Part shown: in pieces, positions 17,455-26,584 of the stretch | Layout of the letters: the number at the start of each line of letters is the position of its first letter | Position numbering within the stretch: the stretch's first letter is position 1 | From: Promethearchaeota archaeon | Lineage (GTDB): Archaea; Asgardarchaeota; Lokiarchaeia; Sigyniarchaeales; Promethearchaeaceae | Direction of reading: 5' to 3' | DNA: 32,000 bases | Assembly (NCBI GenBank): GCA_016933055.1 | Contig: JAFGBS010000004.1 | Location: forward strand, 394,972 to 426,971 | Program-made: the position numbers and the translations under genes | The notes under the pieces: generated by a model | The model's input: only the letters and a program-made list of their open reading frames with translations | What the model was told of the DNA's origin: nothing | Databases searched by the model: none

Positions 17455-19554
17455 CTAATGGTTCATTTTCAACTTCCTATATGCAATGTAGATACCTAAA
17501 CCGATTATACATACAATAATTGGAATATTATACCCAGGGACCCTATTCGGGGATGCAGGAGTTTTTATCTCGAAAAAGTCGCTGTAAGCATAGATTAACG
17601 GGTCTAACATGTTGATTATTTTAATTCGATATTGAGTAGAATCACTCAAGCCCGATGGTACAAACCAGTAAAACTCGCCGTCATTCAAGGTGCTTGAAAC
17701 AATTTCCATCACAAAAGCCTCTCCTATATATAATTCGAGTTTCACATTAGAAATATTTCCTGTAGAAGTCCAATTAATATAATGAGAGCTTTCAAGGTTC
17801 CATGAACTGGATGAGGATGGATTAAGTATGTTCAAGGTCTTCGAAATTACCACATTAACTTCTATACATGGCGATAGTGTATTGCCATTGTTATTTGAGG
17901 CTTTCACTATGAAATAATACGCACTATCAGAGTATCCATTCAATGGCAAAGATAAATCGGTAGTATCTTCTAAAAGAAGAGTGAGACTCCCGTTTATTTC
18001 TGAAATATGCCCGGAATGTTGATATACTGTATAAGTATTTACCCATGTGGAACTCGTCCATGAAAGGGTAAAAGATCCGTCTGTATCAGGAGAATCGGCA
18101 TTGCTTGTTAGATCGAAAGGGCCGGGTACGGGTAGAGGACCACCATCCGTAATTATCCAGCTATATGTATCAATAATGTGCTGACGGGAAGTCTCTGCAA
18201 CATTGCTATAAAAAGAATTTCCTCCATCGAATTCTACTCCGGAAATCAAAGTTAACTGAGACCACCCTATCAATAAGTTATCATAATTATTAGGAGAAAG
18301 AAATGCGCTCTTGAACATATAGTTCATAGACGTGACGCTGGATACATCCCAATTCCCGATGGGTTGATTGAAGGATGATGCTGCATAGAACATCGCGGAT
18401 GTACTTATTACACTAGACACATCCCAATTCCCAATGGGTTGATTGAAGGACGATGCACTAAAGAACATCCCATACATAGTCACGACGCTGGATACATTCC
18501 AATTCCCGATGGGTTGATTGAAGGATGATGCAGCATAGAACATATAGTTCATAGACGTGACGCTGGATACATTCCAATTCCCGATGGGTTGATTGAAGGA
18601 TGATGCACCATAGAACAAATAGCTCATACTCATCACACTGGATACATCCCAATTCCCAATGGGTCGATTAAAGGAAGATGCACCTTCAAACATACGCAGC
18701 ATACTCGTTACACTGGATACATTCCAATCTCCAATGGGTTGGTTGAAGGACGATGCATATTGAAACATATAGTTCATAGTTGTTACACTGGATACGTTCC
18801 AATTCCCGATGGGTTGGTTGAAAGACGATGCATCATCGAACACCCCATACATATCCGTTACGCTGCATACATCCCAATTTCCGATGGGTTGATTGAAAGA
18901 TGATGCACCACTAAACATCGATTGCATACTTATTATACTGGACACATCCCATCCATTCATATCCCCACTACTACCGAGATCATAACAGTTTCTAAATGCC
19001 CACGATAAGCTAGTTGTACCAGTCAAATCTAGATTGTCACTTGCCGTTAAAACTAAATTGGAACAGCCGTAAAAATAACTACCTGAATTTCCTAATCGTA
19101 AACTGCCCCATTGTTGAATTTCAATGAGTTTTAATCGATCTCCTCCGTTAGCGAACCGCCAACCGATTATCATACCCGTAATATTTACAGTATATACTCC
19201 CGAGGATAAATAGGTGTGGGTTACTTCGGTTTGGTTCCATGATATGATTATATCGCTATCCCCATCGCCCCATTCTACCAAAAAATTGTAAATGCCACTC
19301 GATTGCAGAGGTAAGTGCACTTGGTTGCTGCTACTGGAACCCGTGCTGGTCTTGGTGGTATCCCACACCGATATAAAGTCATTCGGACCTCCGGTATCTG
19401 GTAAGGTAAAATCTACATGGTCTGAGTTTGGTTGATACGACGGCCTCCTTAGAATGGAGAATGCCGACACAGAGAGAATCAACGCTATACACCACACTAT
19501 TCCAACAAGCATCCCAATTTTTTTATTTTCTTTGCCTTTTTTCATTTTTAACAT
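17455..19554 (-). CDS. DUF285/BspA-like leucine-rich-repeat surface protein with Ig/Fn3-like modules and Loki-CTERM-like tail
   Basis: N-terminal TM; 25-aa repeats [25 protein letters not shown]; Fn3-like and Ser/Thr-rich domains; C-terminal [25 protein letters not shown]. Confidence 0.9.
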   Translation of the reverse strand: MLKMKKGKENKKIGMLVGIVWCIALILSVSAFSILRRPSYQPNSDHVDFTLPDTGGPNDFISVWDTTKTSTGSSSSNQVHLPLQSSGIYNFLVEWGDGDSDIIISWNQTEVTHTYLSSGVYTVNITGMIIGWRFANGGDRLKLIEIQQWGSLRLGNSGSYFYGCSNLVLTASDNLDLTGTTSLSWAFRNCYDLGSSGDMNGWDVSSIISMQSMFSGASSFNQPIGNWDVCSVTDMYGVFDDASSFNQPIGNWNVSSVTTMNYMFQYASSFNQPIGDWNVSSVTSMLRMFEGASSFNRPIGNWDVSSVMSMSYLFYGASSFNQPIGNWNVSSVTSMNYMFYAASSFNQPIGNWNVSSVVTMYGMFFSASSFNQPIGNWDVSSVISTSAMFYAASSFNQPIGNWDVSSVTSMNYMFKSAFLSPNNYDNLLIGWSQLTLISGVEFDGGNSFYSNVAETSRQHIIDTYSWIITDGGPLPVPGPFDLTSNADSPDTDGSFTLSWTSSTWVNTYTVYQHSGHISEINGSLTLLLEDTTDLSLPLNGYSDSAYYFIVKASNNNGNTLSPCIEVNVVISKTLNILNPSSSSSWNLESSHYINWTSTGNISNVKLELYIGEAFVMEIVSSTLNDGEFYWFVPSGLSDSTQYRIKIINMLDPLIYAYSDFFEIKTPASPNRVPGYNIPIIVCIIGLGIYIAYRKLKMNH
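18310..18985 (-). repeat. Coding 75-bp tandem repeat, about 9 units
   Basis: The GGATACATyCC-like anchor recurs at 18340, 18415, 18490, 18565, 18640, 18715, 18790, 18865 and 18940 (75-nt period). Confidence 0.92.
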
Positions 19555-19901
19555 CCATTTTTTCTATAATGCTGTAATCCACAGCCAATTTGTCTTAATT
19601 TTCTCGTATAACTTAATAAATCTTCATCCATCCAAACGCTAGAAGAACAAAATGAAGGTTATTGATAAAGATGGGATGAAATTTCGACAAAAACATATCA
19701 TTTTTTAAATTAGCGACCAACAATGGAATGAAATCTGATTCATCTTAATAGTCTATTTTACGGGGTATGATCCATAATTTCCTCTGTTTTTTTTTAGGAT
19801 TCTTATTTAATGGATTAAGGTTCCAAGTTTATTTCACCATATCATATTCTCACAATATTTTTATTTTCCAAGTTTTTCGAATGACTATATACCATGTAGA
19901 A

Positions 19902-20312
19902 TTATAAAGAATCACAACTAAAATCATTCTTATTTTCCGTTTCACCGCTTTCTTTGCAATAATCGCAAATGATTTCGATCAACCAATCAAAAACTGTGGG
20001 ACCAAGACCATTTTGTGCCTTCTCTAAATCCTCTTTAATGTGGGCAATATTATTGGGATCACATGTTTCCAAACGCTCAGATAATTGTCGGACAGTCTCC
20101 TCATAACCAAGTCGCTGTTGTGAGACCGCTATATTTTTCCAAATAATATGATACCCTTGCGCTGGTAGAATATCTGAATGGAATAGTTCGTCAAATGCAT
20201 CCAAATTGCGTCCCCACCATGATGGAAGGGAGAATACTGTAGAAATATGGTCATAGAATTCTTCTAATGTACTAAATTTGCTACCATCGATGATGAAAAT
20301 CGGGATACCCAT
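19902..20312 (-). CDS. Barstar family protein
   Basis: IIDGSKFSTLEEFYDHISTVFSLPSWWGRNLDAFDELF barstar signature. Confidence 0.85.
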   Translation of the reverse strand: MGIPIFIIDGSKFSTLEEFYDHISTVFSLPSWWGRNLDAFDELFHSDILPAQGYHIIWKNIAVSQQRLGYEETVRQLSERLETCDPNNIAHIKEDLEKAQNGLGPTVFDWLIEIICDYCKESGETENKNDFSCDSL

Positions 20313-20413
20313 ATCCTATTGGAAGGAATTCCGAATTAATATTCTAAATTATTTTTATCCTTATGATGGTAGAAAAAAGAAACTAAACAGTTTGGAGTAG
20401 ATGAATCCGATAT

Positions 20414-20710
20414 TCACACATTCTTTCTAGAAATCCATAATAATACTCCGATCATGCAAATGCTAGCCATTAAAACCAGAAGATAGAAAATCATGGAATG
20501 ACGGAGCCTTCAGGGTTATCAACTATTACATGTTCGCAAATTGATAACGGAGAGGTATATCCCCCGTTATTTGCTATGATTACATAAGAATTGTCTTCAT
20601 TGGATTGTCCACTATCTTCATTGTTAGATACCGTCACCTGGTAGGCCTCTACGATATGACCTACAATCCAATCGACGCATCCAATCCCCGCTATATTGGG
20701 ATTTGGGGTG
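20414..20710 (-). pseudogene. C-terminal remnant of a Loki-CTERM surface protein
   Basis: SYVIIANNGGYTSPLSICEHVIVDNPEGSVIP*FSIFW, then a frameshift to MASICMIGVLLWISRKNV*. The IPG motif Gly is replaced by TGA at 20491-20493. Confidence 0.55.
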
Positions 20711-20736
20711 AATATGAACGCTATAAGTTAATTATT

Positions 20737-21156
20737 CTAATTATCTGCCTTTTTTCTAACGGTCGCACGAACAATTTTTTCCTTGATGACGTGCTTGAGA
20801 AGCATTTCGAGAATATCGGTCTCGGGAGAACGTAGACTCTTCCCATAGGAATCCACATTGATCCAAAATTCTCCTGCATTCTGGGCATGCTTCTGAATGG
20901 AGAGGGTGGTTTTCGAGCCGTTAAAACTGTGCACGGTAGACCAGCGATCGGAAGTGCCCTCCAATACCTTGCGGAACAGGATAAGTTCTCCCAAATTGAG
21001 CTTGACGTATTTACCCTCTTTAAGGGTCGGTTTTTCCCATGCTCCGTCCTGTTTCTTTCGCAAGAAGGTGAGGTAGGCATACTCTTCATCCCACGTGCCG
21101 GAATCGAAGATCATGCCGACTTTCTGCCCGAAAAACGACCGTTGATGGCGCTGCAT
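20737..21156 (-). CDS. Conserved hypothetical protein, possibly PC4/Whirly-like ssDNA-binding (paralog A)
   Basis: 139 aa from ATG 21156 with GGAGG upstream; 123/139 identical to 24533..24952. The fold call rests on the WEKP...GKYVKLNLGELILFRKVL pattern. Confidence 0.75.
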   Translation of the reverse strand: MQRHQRSFFGQKVGMIFDSGTWDEEYAYLTFLRKKQDGAWEKPTLKEGKYVKLNLGELILFRKVLEGTSDRWSTVHSFNGSKTTLSIQKHAQNAGEFWINVDSYGKSLRSPETDILEMLLKHVIKEKIVRATVRKKADN

Positions 21157-21221
21157 TAGTCCCGACTCTCCTCCCACTTGTCTATTTCGTTCCTCTTTGT
21201 TGGGATATTTAGGGGGTTCAT
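21156..21221 (-). CDS. 21-aa leader ORF A (MNPLNIPTKRNEIDKWEESRD)
   Basis: ATG ~25 nt after a TTTAAATA box; its TAA overlaps the downstream ATG (TAATG); conserved in copy B. Confidence 0.5.
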   Translation of the reverse strand: MNPLNIPTKRNEIDKWEESRD

Positions 21222-21460
21222 GATATACTTTCTCTCTTTAGGCGGGTATTTAAAATGAGAGAGTATTATCGAAGAATCTATTTAAAGGCAAAAATTGTGA
21301 AGTGAACCCATTCTTCGCAACAACTCAAAAGGATTGCTTTAATTTCTTATTTATTAATTCTAAAGTTTCATTTGTGAGATGTCTAACTATATCAACTTAA
21401 TGTATTCCCATTCTCCACATTATCATTTTTTATAGTAACAAATGAATTCGACTCAGTTCA

Positions 21461-22162
21461 TCATTTTCTAAAATGTAACGCGTAAAATAGTACAGATAGA
21501 ACATCCATTAAGTTATATATGCCGATTGGTTCAATCTGTTTGTCTTTACCCTTGGAATCACCTTTAAATTTAGCATAATATTCAGAATATTTCCCTTTCT
21601 CCGTTAACTCACGCAGTATAAAACCTGCTGTACTCATGAATTGCTCTAAACGCCTTACTGAATAAAAATCATCTTGAATATCTATAATAGTAGAGGGTAT
21701 GTTGTAGGGAATATTGAAATCGCTTGAAATTTTTTTTATGATCGGGATATCAAAAGACTGGTTAAAGACAATAACTACATCACAATCAGCTATGTATTGG
21801 GAGCTTAAGTTTAAGAGTTCAGGTGCTAGATCTCTTTTTCGTAACATATTAAACGCTTGAAACACGGTTAATTTTTTATAATCCTGAGATTGGGGTCGTA
21901 AATCCAACACAGCTAATCCCATGATATTCATGTATCCTTCTTTTGCTCTAGAAATGATGTCGGTAGTTTCAATATCTAAACATACAATTTTTTTATTGCA
22001 GAATTCATTTCCAAGTTTCAAATTTTCAGAAACGCACTCATGGATATAGCAAATCACCCGTAAGATTTCACTGGTCCATTCGGTATTCCAGGCTGATTTA
22101 GGAGGGTATTCATAATAGGACGAAACAGCGTTATGTTCAAATTTTAATGAAGAAGTTGACAA
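21461..22162 (-). CDS. RNase H-like (DEDD, YprB/RNase_H_2-type) nuclease; true start uncertain
   Basis: CLDIETT, VFNQSFDIP and YNLMDVL acidic motifs. The frame is open up to 22252 with no ATG there. Confidence 0.72.
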   Translation of the reverse strand: MSTSSLKFEHNAVSSYYEYPPKSAWNTEWTSEILRVICYIHECVSENLKLGNEFCNKKIVCLDIETTDIISRAKEGYMNIMGLAVLDLRPQSQDYKKLTVFQAFNMLRKRDLAPELLNLSSQYIADCDVVIVFNQSFDIPIIKKISSDFNIPYNIPSTIIDIQDDFYSVRRLEQFMSTAGFILRELTEKGKYSEYYAKFKGDSKGKDKQIEPIGIYNLMDVLSVLFYALHFRK

Positions 22163-22282
22163 ATCGCATACTATTGAACGAGTAATAAAATTATCCGGAA
22201 ACCCATCTGGGATTGCCCAAGTAGGTTTGGGAATTTCTTTAGATTTCTTGAATTAATTTTTCTTTAATTAATTTTCTATGAT

Positions 22283-22519
22283 CTATCTTCTCTTTTTTTC
22301 GTCTTTTATACTTCTTTCTTGAGTCGAATCTAAAATTCGCGCTATTTTTAATGCTTGCTCTAAGGAAACTTGAGAGCGTTCTTCATCTCGCAATTTCAAA
22401 GACAATTCTGAAATCGCAATAGATACGTGATAATTTTGAGTACGATTCCCTATCTTTAATGCTTGTACAGCAGTGGTTTGTGTTTCATCTCGTTCAAACA
22501 GTCTTTTTATCGTGCTTAT
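22283..22519 (-). pseudogene. 78-codon helical ORF without ATG, in frame with the downstream nuclease
   Basis: ISTIKRLFERDETQTTAVQALKIGNRTQNYHVSIAISELSLKLRDEERSQVSLEQALKIARILDSTQERSIKDEKKRR*. It begins at ATA and is separated from the nuclease frame by three stops within about 12 codons. Confidence 0.35.
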
Positions 22520-24137
22520 GTTCTCTCTTTTTTCTTCGACCGACTGAACTGATAAGAATCGAAATTGACAATAACGCAGTGCACCCGATGATTACATACC
22601 AAAATGGTGGAAGTCCCGTAGTATCATCTTCTGAAGTTCTATGGAACAAATCCTCCATTGCTTGAACAAATGCAAGTTTAAAATACGGGGGTATGGAACT
22701 TGCTGCATCAGTTTTACAAAATGATTGACCTGCGGGTTTGATATTCACTCCTGAGTATGCGAGTGAGGATTGTACATAATTCACAATCGGATTCGATATA
22801 TATTTGTGGCTAGAGGCTAGAGATACGCTGTACAGAGTAGAACTGATTCGAGGATAACTATGCCAGTGATTGGCTTCAGCAATGGTATGAGTATGCATTG
22901 GTACTTTATAGTAACGGTGCACATGCTCTTCATTTCCTCCTATCGTGCCTATTAATGAATCATTAGCGGTAGCGAGAACGAATCTATTAAAGATTGATGT
23001 ATTCGATGTACCTTTGTATTGGGAAGTAAATTCCGGTATTTCATGCACACCATCAGCCCACCAGAAAATTGAATTATTAGGTAAATAGGAAGTTGACTCA
23101 TTTGTCGTAATAAATGACATCCGGAAGTAGGGAGGATTAGTTTCAGTATCATAGGTCACACAATTCAAATCTCCCGATTCCATTATAGTTATACCACTAG
23201 TTGTTGGATTTGTATAATCTATCTGGGTCAAAATACCGAGTGTTGATACGTCTGAACCCGGTACAATATCCTCACTAATTCGTGAGACGCCCAACTCATG
23301 ATGATGGGGATCTACATCTACCTCATGATCATGCAAAGGTAAATCGGAATAAGAATGGTTATGTAAGGCATTTCCTCCCAATAATTGGATTTGATCCTGC
23401 TTATTGGTGGAATAAATGAACCTATTCGTAAGATTTGAAGAAAATAATGAACCATTGCATAAAATCCATCCATTAGGAATTGTATCATACGATTCAACCC
23501 AGCCAAGAATTGAATGTGCTGGCAAAACTGCCTCTCCATCATCTGGCGCAATTTTCATAATGTAGGCTAATCTTATATACATGGGTAATGAACTGGATTC
23601 ATCGGAAACACAATCTTCGACTCCTGCTGGATATAGATAGAAATCAATTTTGGAAGAGGAGGTTTCCGTCGCCATCGAGTAATCATAGGAGCGATCAATA
23701 CCAGTTACCACATTAGATTCTGCTCTGGGTCCCGCAGTTCCATCTTTTTCGTACAGCCAATGTCTATGTCCTGGATCGTTTTTCACGTGGTTGTGATACG
23801 GTAATTCGTCATACGGATGAGAATGATTTATGGATCCACCCGTTTCTCCGGGATTTTCAAATTCCCCTACGCTCATAATAAATTTGTCTGTTAAGTTGGG
23901 TGTACCATTTGCACCATCACAGAGTGCCCACCCTTCGGGGATTGAACTGAGATTTCCATTCCATAGCACAATTATTCCGGTCAAATCAGAAGGTAAAAAA
24001 TTTCCATTGGAATTGGAAATAGAAAGCGTTTCTAACTTAAAATTATTGGAATCGGAAACATAATGACCCAGAACAGGAAGGAAACATAGTAAAAGGATAA
24101 GTGCCGTAAATTTTACGGAGCATTTTATTTTTTTCAT
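22494..24137 (-). CDS. Secreted, C-terminally anchored protein with three tandem phage tail-collar/HxH units
   Basis: Signal peptide; three units of pattern Px(x)xxIxxW...IPxGWxxCxG...NLTxxF...GG...HxH...P.HxH...HxH...PPYxxLxxI; C-terminal TM followed by RRKKR. Confidence 0.82.
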   Translation of the reverse strand: MKKIKCSVKFTALILLLCFLPVLGHYVSDSNNFKLETLSISNSNGNFLPSDLTGIIVLWNGNLSSIPEGWALCDGANGTPNLTDKFIMSVGEFENPGETGGSINHSHPYDELPYHNHVKNDPGHRHWLYEKDGTAGPRAESNVVTGIDRSYDYSMATETSSSKIDFYLYPAGVEDCVSDESSSLPMYIRLAYIMKIAPDDGEAVLPAHSILGWVESYDTIPNGWILCNGSLFSSNLTNRFIYSTNKQDQIQLLGGNALHNHSYSDLPLHDHEVDVDPHHHELGVSRISEDIVPGSDVSTLGILTQIDYTNPTTSGITIMESGDLNCVTYDTETNPPYFRMSFITTNESTSYLPNNSIFWWADGVHEIPEFTSQYKGTSNTSIFNRFVLATANDSLIGTIGGNEEHVHRYYKVPMHTHTIAEANHWHSYPRISSTLYSVSLASSHKYISNPIVNYVQSSLAYSGVNIKPAGQSFCKTDAASSIPPYFKLAFVQAMEDLFHRTSEDDTTGLPPFWYVIIGCTALLSISILISSVGRRKKREHKHDKKTV

Positions 24138-24532
24138 CTTTGAAAAACCTATTGAGCTTTGATTAACTTAAAACTATGCACATTTTATTCACAAGGTTTA
24201 ATAATAGATTACAGAGGGATGGTTCTCAAAAAGAGCGGGTAGAGAGATTGAAATGAAGCTCAAATAATTCACCTTTGCTTTTAGAAATCTAACTTTTAGC
24301 TATGAGCATCTTGCGAGTGAACTACCTCAATTCCAATCGTATCATGCATGATAATATCAAGTCATTGTTTTTCTTAGTTCCTACTAACAATCTAACTTAG
24401 TAAAGCTAAATCTTTTTCGTAGAAATACTAGGTAAATTTGGCGTTCTATTATTTTATATAGAATAATTATAATAGATTTCACGAATAACCTCCCTCTAAC
24501 TTCTTTGATACGAACTACCGAAACGTGAATTT

Positions 24533-24952
24533 TCAACTATCGATAACTTTTCTCACCGTTGCCCGTACGATTTTTTCCTTGATAATATGCTTGAGAAGCA
24601 TTTCGAGAATATCCGTCTCGGGAGAACGTAGATTCTTTCCATAGGTATCCACGTTGATCCAAATCTCTCCCGAGTTTTGGGCATGTTTTTGAATAGAAAT
24701 GGTGGTTTTTGTGCCATTAAAACTGTGAACGGTGGACCACCGCTCTGAGGTGCCATCCAATACTTTGCGAAACAGGATCAGCTCGCCTAAATTGAGTTTA
24801 ACGTATTTTCCTTCTTTAAGAGTCGGTTTTTCCCACGTTCCATCGTTTTTCTTTCGCAAGAAGGTGAGGTAGGCATAGTCTTCATCCCACTTACCGGAAT
24901 CGAAGATCATACCGACTTTTTGCCCAAAAAAAGAGCGTTGATGGCGCTGCAT
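24533..24952 (-). CDS. Conserved hypothetical protein, possibly PC4/Whirly-like (paralog B)
   Basis: 139 aa from ATG 24952; 16 mostly conservative differences from paralog A. Confidence 0.75.
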   Translation of the reverse strand: MQRHQRSFFGQKVGMIFDSGKWDEDYAYLTFLRKKNDGTWEKPTLKEGKYVKLNLGELILFRKVLDGTSERWSTVHSFNGTKTTISIQKHAQNSGEIWINVDTYGKNLRSPETDILEMLLKHIIKEKIVRATVRKVIDS

Positions 24953-25017
24953 TAGTCTCGAGTTTCCTCCCAATAGACTATGTCGTTCTTCTTTGTGTGG
25001 GTAGTTAGGGGGTTCAT
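24952..25017 (-). CDS. 21-aa leader ORF B (MNPLTTHTKKNDIVYWEETRD)
   Basis: Same length, TATA spacing and TAATG overlap as copy A; 13/21 residues identical. Confidence 0.5.
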   Translation of the reverse strand: MNPLTTHTKKNDIVYWEETRD

Positions 25018-25073
25018 GATAGGTTTTCTTTTTTTAGGTAGGTATTTAAAATCAGAGAGTGTTTTCGGTGAAT

Positions 25074-25292
25074 TTATTTAAAGGCAAAAATTAGGAAGCA
25101 AACCCATTCTTCGCTCTTCGCAGCAACTGAAAAAGATTGTTTTAATTCCATATTTATTAATTCTATAGTTTTATTTGTGAGATATCTGACTTTGTCAACA
25201 TCTGTCGAGTGATATAAATCTTTTTTCATCAATTTTACCTCGCTCAACACATGGTGAATAACTAACAGTATAGTTCGAATAGGTAACGACAT
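25074..25292 (-). CDS. Short hypothetical ORF or gene remnant
   Basis: VDKVRYLTNKTIELINMELKQSF matches VDIVRHLTNETLELINKKLKQSF* upstream of copy A, indicating past coding constraint. Confidence 0.3.
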   Translation of the reverse strand: MSLPIRTILLVIHHVLSEVKLMKKDLYHSTDVDKVRYLTNKTIELINMELKQSFSVAAKSEEWVCFLIFAFK

Positions 25293-25591
25293 AGTTTTAA
25301 ATGGTTCGTGCGGGTAGGTGACACGGATAAAGGCTTGTATTCATAGAATCAAAAATGGAATCAATACTGTACTATTACCTCATACATGTTGATTAACAAA
25401 ATAAAAAACAAAATAAATTTGGATTTACACGAATATAGATTGTCTTATATTTTTCCGACGAGTAGTTTGGGAAGTTCGTTTCTGTGGTAAAGAACCTCGT
25501 TTTAGAGGTGTTTTTCGTCGTTTCTCAAACGAATGGTTAGTTGCGAACAACATACAAAATGAAAAAAAAGTTCGTTTTGAAACTAAAAAAA

Positions 25592-26581
25592 TTAGTGGAT
25601 GATCTTTTTCATCGTGCGTTGTCGACTAATAGATACAGCAATTACGACAAACACCATTCCGACTGCAAATACAACACCAAAGGTCCAGTTGGGCACAGAT
25701 AACGTAATCTGAGGTGTGGGATCTCCCGAAGTATTGGTCGGCGGTTCGACGGGATCCTCTTCGGGACCATCTCCAATTACATTGCCCTTAGTGAGCAAAA
25801 ACATGAGATTTACCGTCTCAATCGTACTCGATATGTCTACGGTGATTCGATATTCGGCTTTAAAAGACACCCCAAAGGTTGCAGAAGTTGATTCGGTCCC
25901 ATAGACATTGTTCAATTCCACGTTTCGTATGAGATTATAAGCACGATTATATTTATCGTAGAGAATTACCGTTACAAATGCTTCTTGTGCCTCTCCGAAT
26001 AGTTTCTCCAAGATTGTTTCATTCCCGGGAATCGAATTCGTTCGGCAGGCGACCACGCTGTATTCGGTGTCATCTTCCAAATGAAACCAATATTCTCGCA
26101 TTTTCGTGTCGTAATATCCACTCACATCATATACAATGAAATTTCTCGAATAGGATGACCCCCGATCGTAAATTGCAATGCGCATATTGACATTCTCAGT
26201 TACATTGCCCATAACAGTGAGTATGAAATTACCCGAGATTGAACATCCGAAAATCGAGGTAACGCTTAAAGTGCTGCTATCTAACTCTCCCGCACCTAAA
26301 ACGAAGTGATCCGAGAATCCATCACCATCTCCATCAGGGCCCCTCAAAGAGAGCACCAGGTCCATTTCTACATTGGGGGAATGCAATTCACACAAAAATT
26401 CATACTTCTGGTTTTTCTCCAGCGTTAAATTAAAGGAATGGAAGGTAATCGGGGGCTCGAATAAGAAGATATGATCGATAAACTGGCCATCGGATGCAGA
26501 TACTGTCCTAATATTAGTTGAAATACCTGATAATGGCAAACACCATAGGAATATAATAAAATAGGAATGCAATTTTTTCAT
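25592..26581 (-). CDS. Surface protein with signal peptide, beta-rich domains, Pro-rich linker and C-terminal TM anchor
   Basis: Hydrophobic N-terminus, two beta-rich segments, GPEEDPVEPPT linker, TM plus basic tail. Confidence 0.8.
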   Translation of the reverse strand: MKKLHSYFIIFLWCLPLSGISTNIRTVSASDGQFIDHIFLFEPPITFHSFNLTLEKNQKYEFLCELHSPNVEMDLVLSLRGPDGDGDGFSDHFVLGAGELDSSTLSVTSIFGCSISGNFILTVMGNVTENVNMRIAIYDRGSSYSRNFIVYDVSGYYDTKMREYWFHLEDDTEYSVVACRTNSIPGNETILEKLFGEAQEAFVTVILYDKYNRAYNLIRNVELNNVYGTESTSATFGVSFKAEYRITVDISSTIETVNLMFLLTKGNVIGDGPEEDPVEPPTNTSGDPTPQITLSVPNWTFGVVFAVGMVFVVIAVSISRQRTMKKIIH

Positions 26582-26584
26582 GGG

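Larger units (their letters stand above)
20737..21397 (-). repeat. Copy A of a ~665-bp direct duplication
   Basis: Collinear with 24533-25200 across the gene, leader ORF, TATA box and upstream sequence. Confidence 0.9.
24533..25200 (-). repeat. Copy B of the ~665-bp direct duplication
   Basis: Collinear with 20737-21397. Confidence 0.9.

Noticed and set aside
11216-18985. RT plus 75-bp repeats as a diversity-generating retroelement
   Set aside because: The RT has retron motifs (NAxxH, PQGASTSP, VTG) rather than the DGR-type GxxxSQ motif. The repeats are in-frame coding units, and I saw no TR/VR pair with adenine-specific differences.
18310-18985. Regular repeats as a CRISPR array
   Set aside because: They are contiguous 75-nt coding units without unique spacers, and no cas genes are present.
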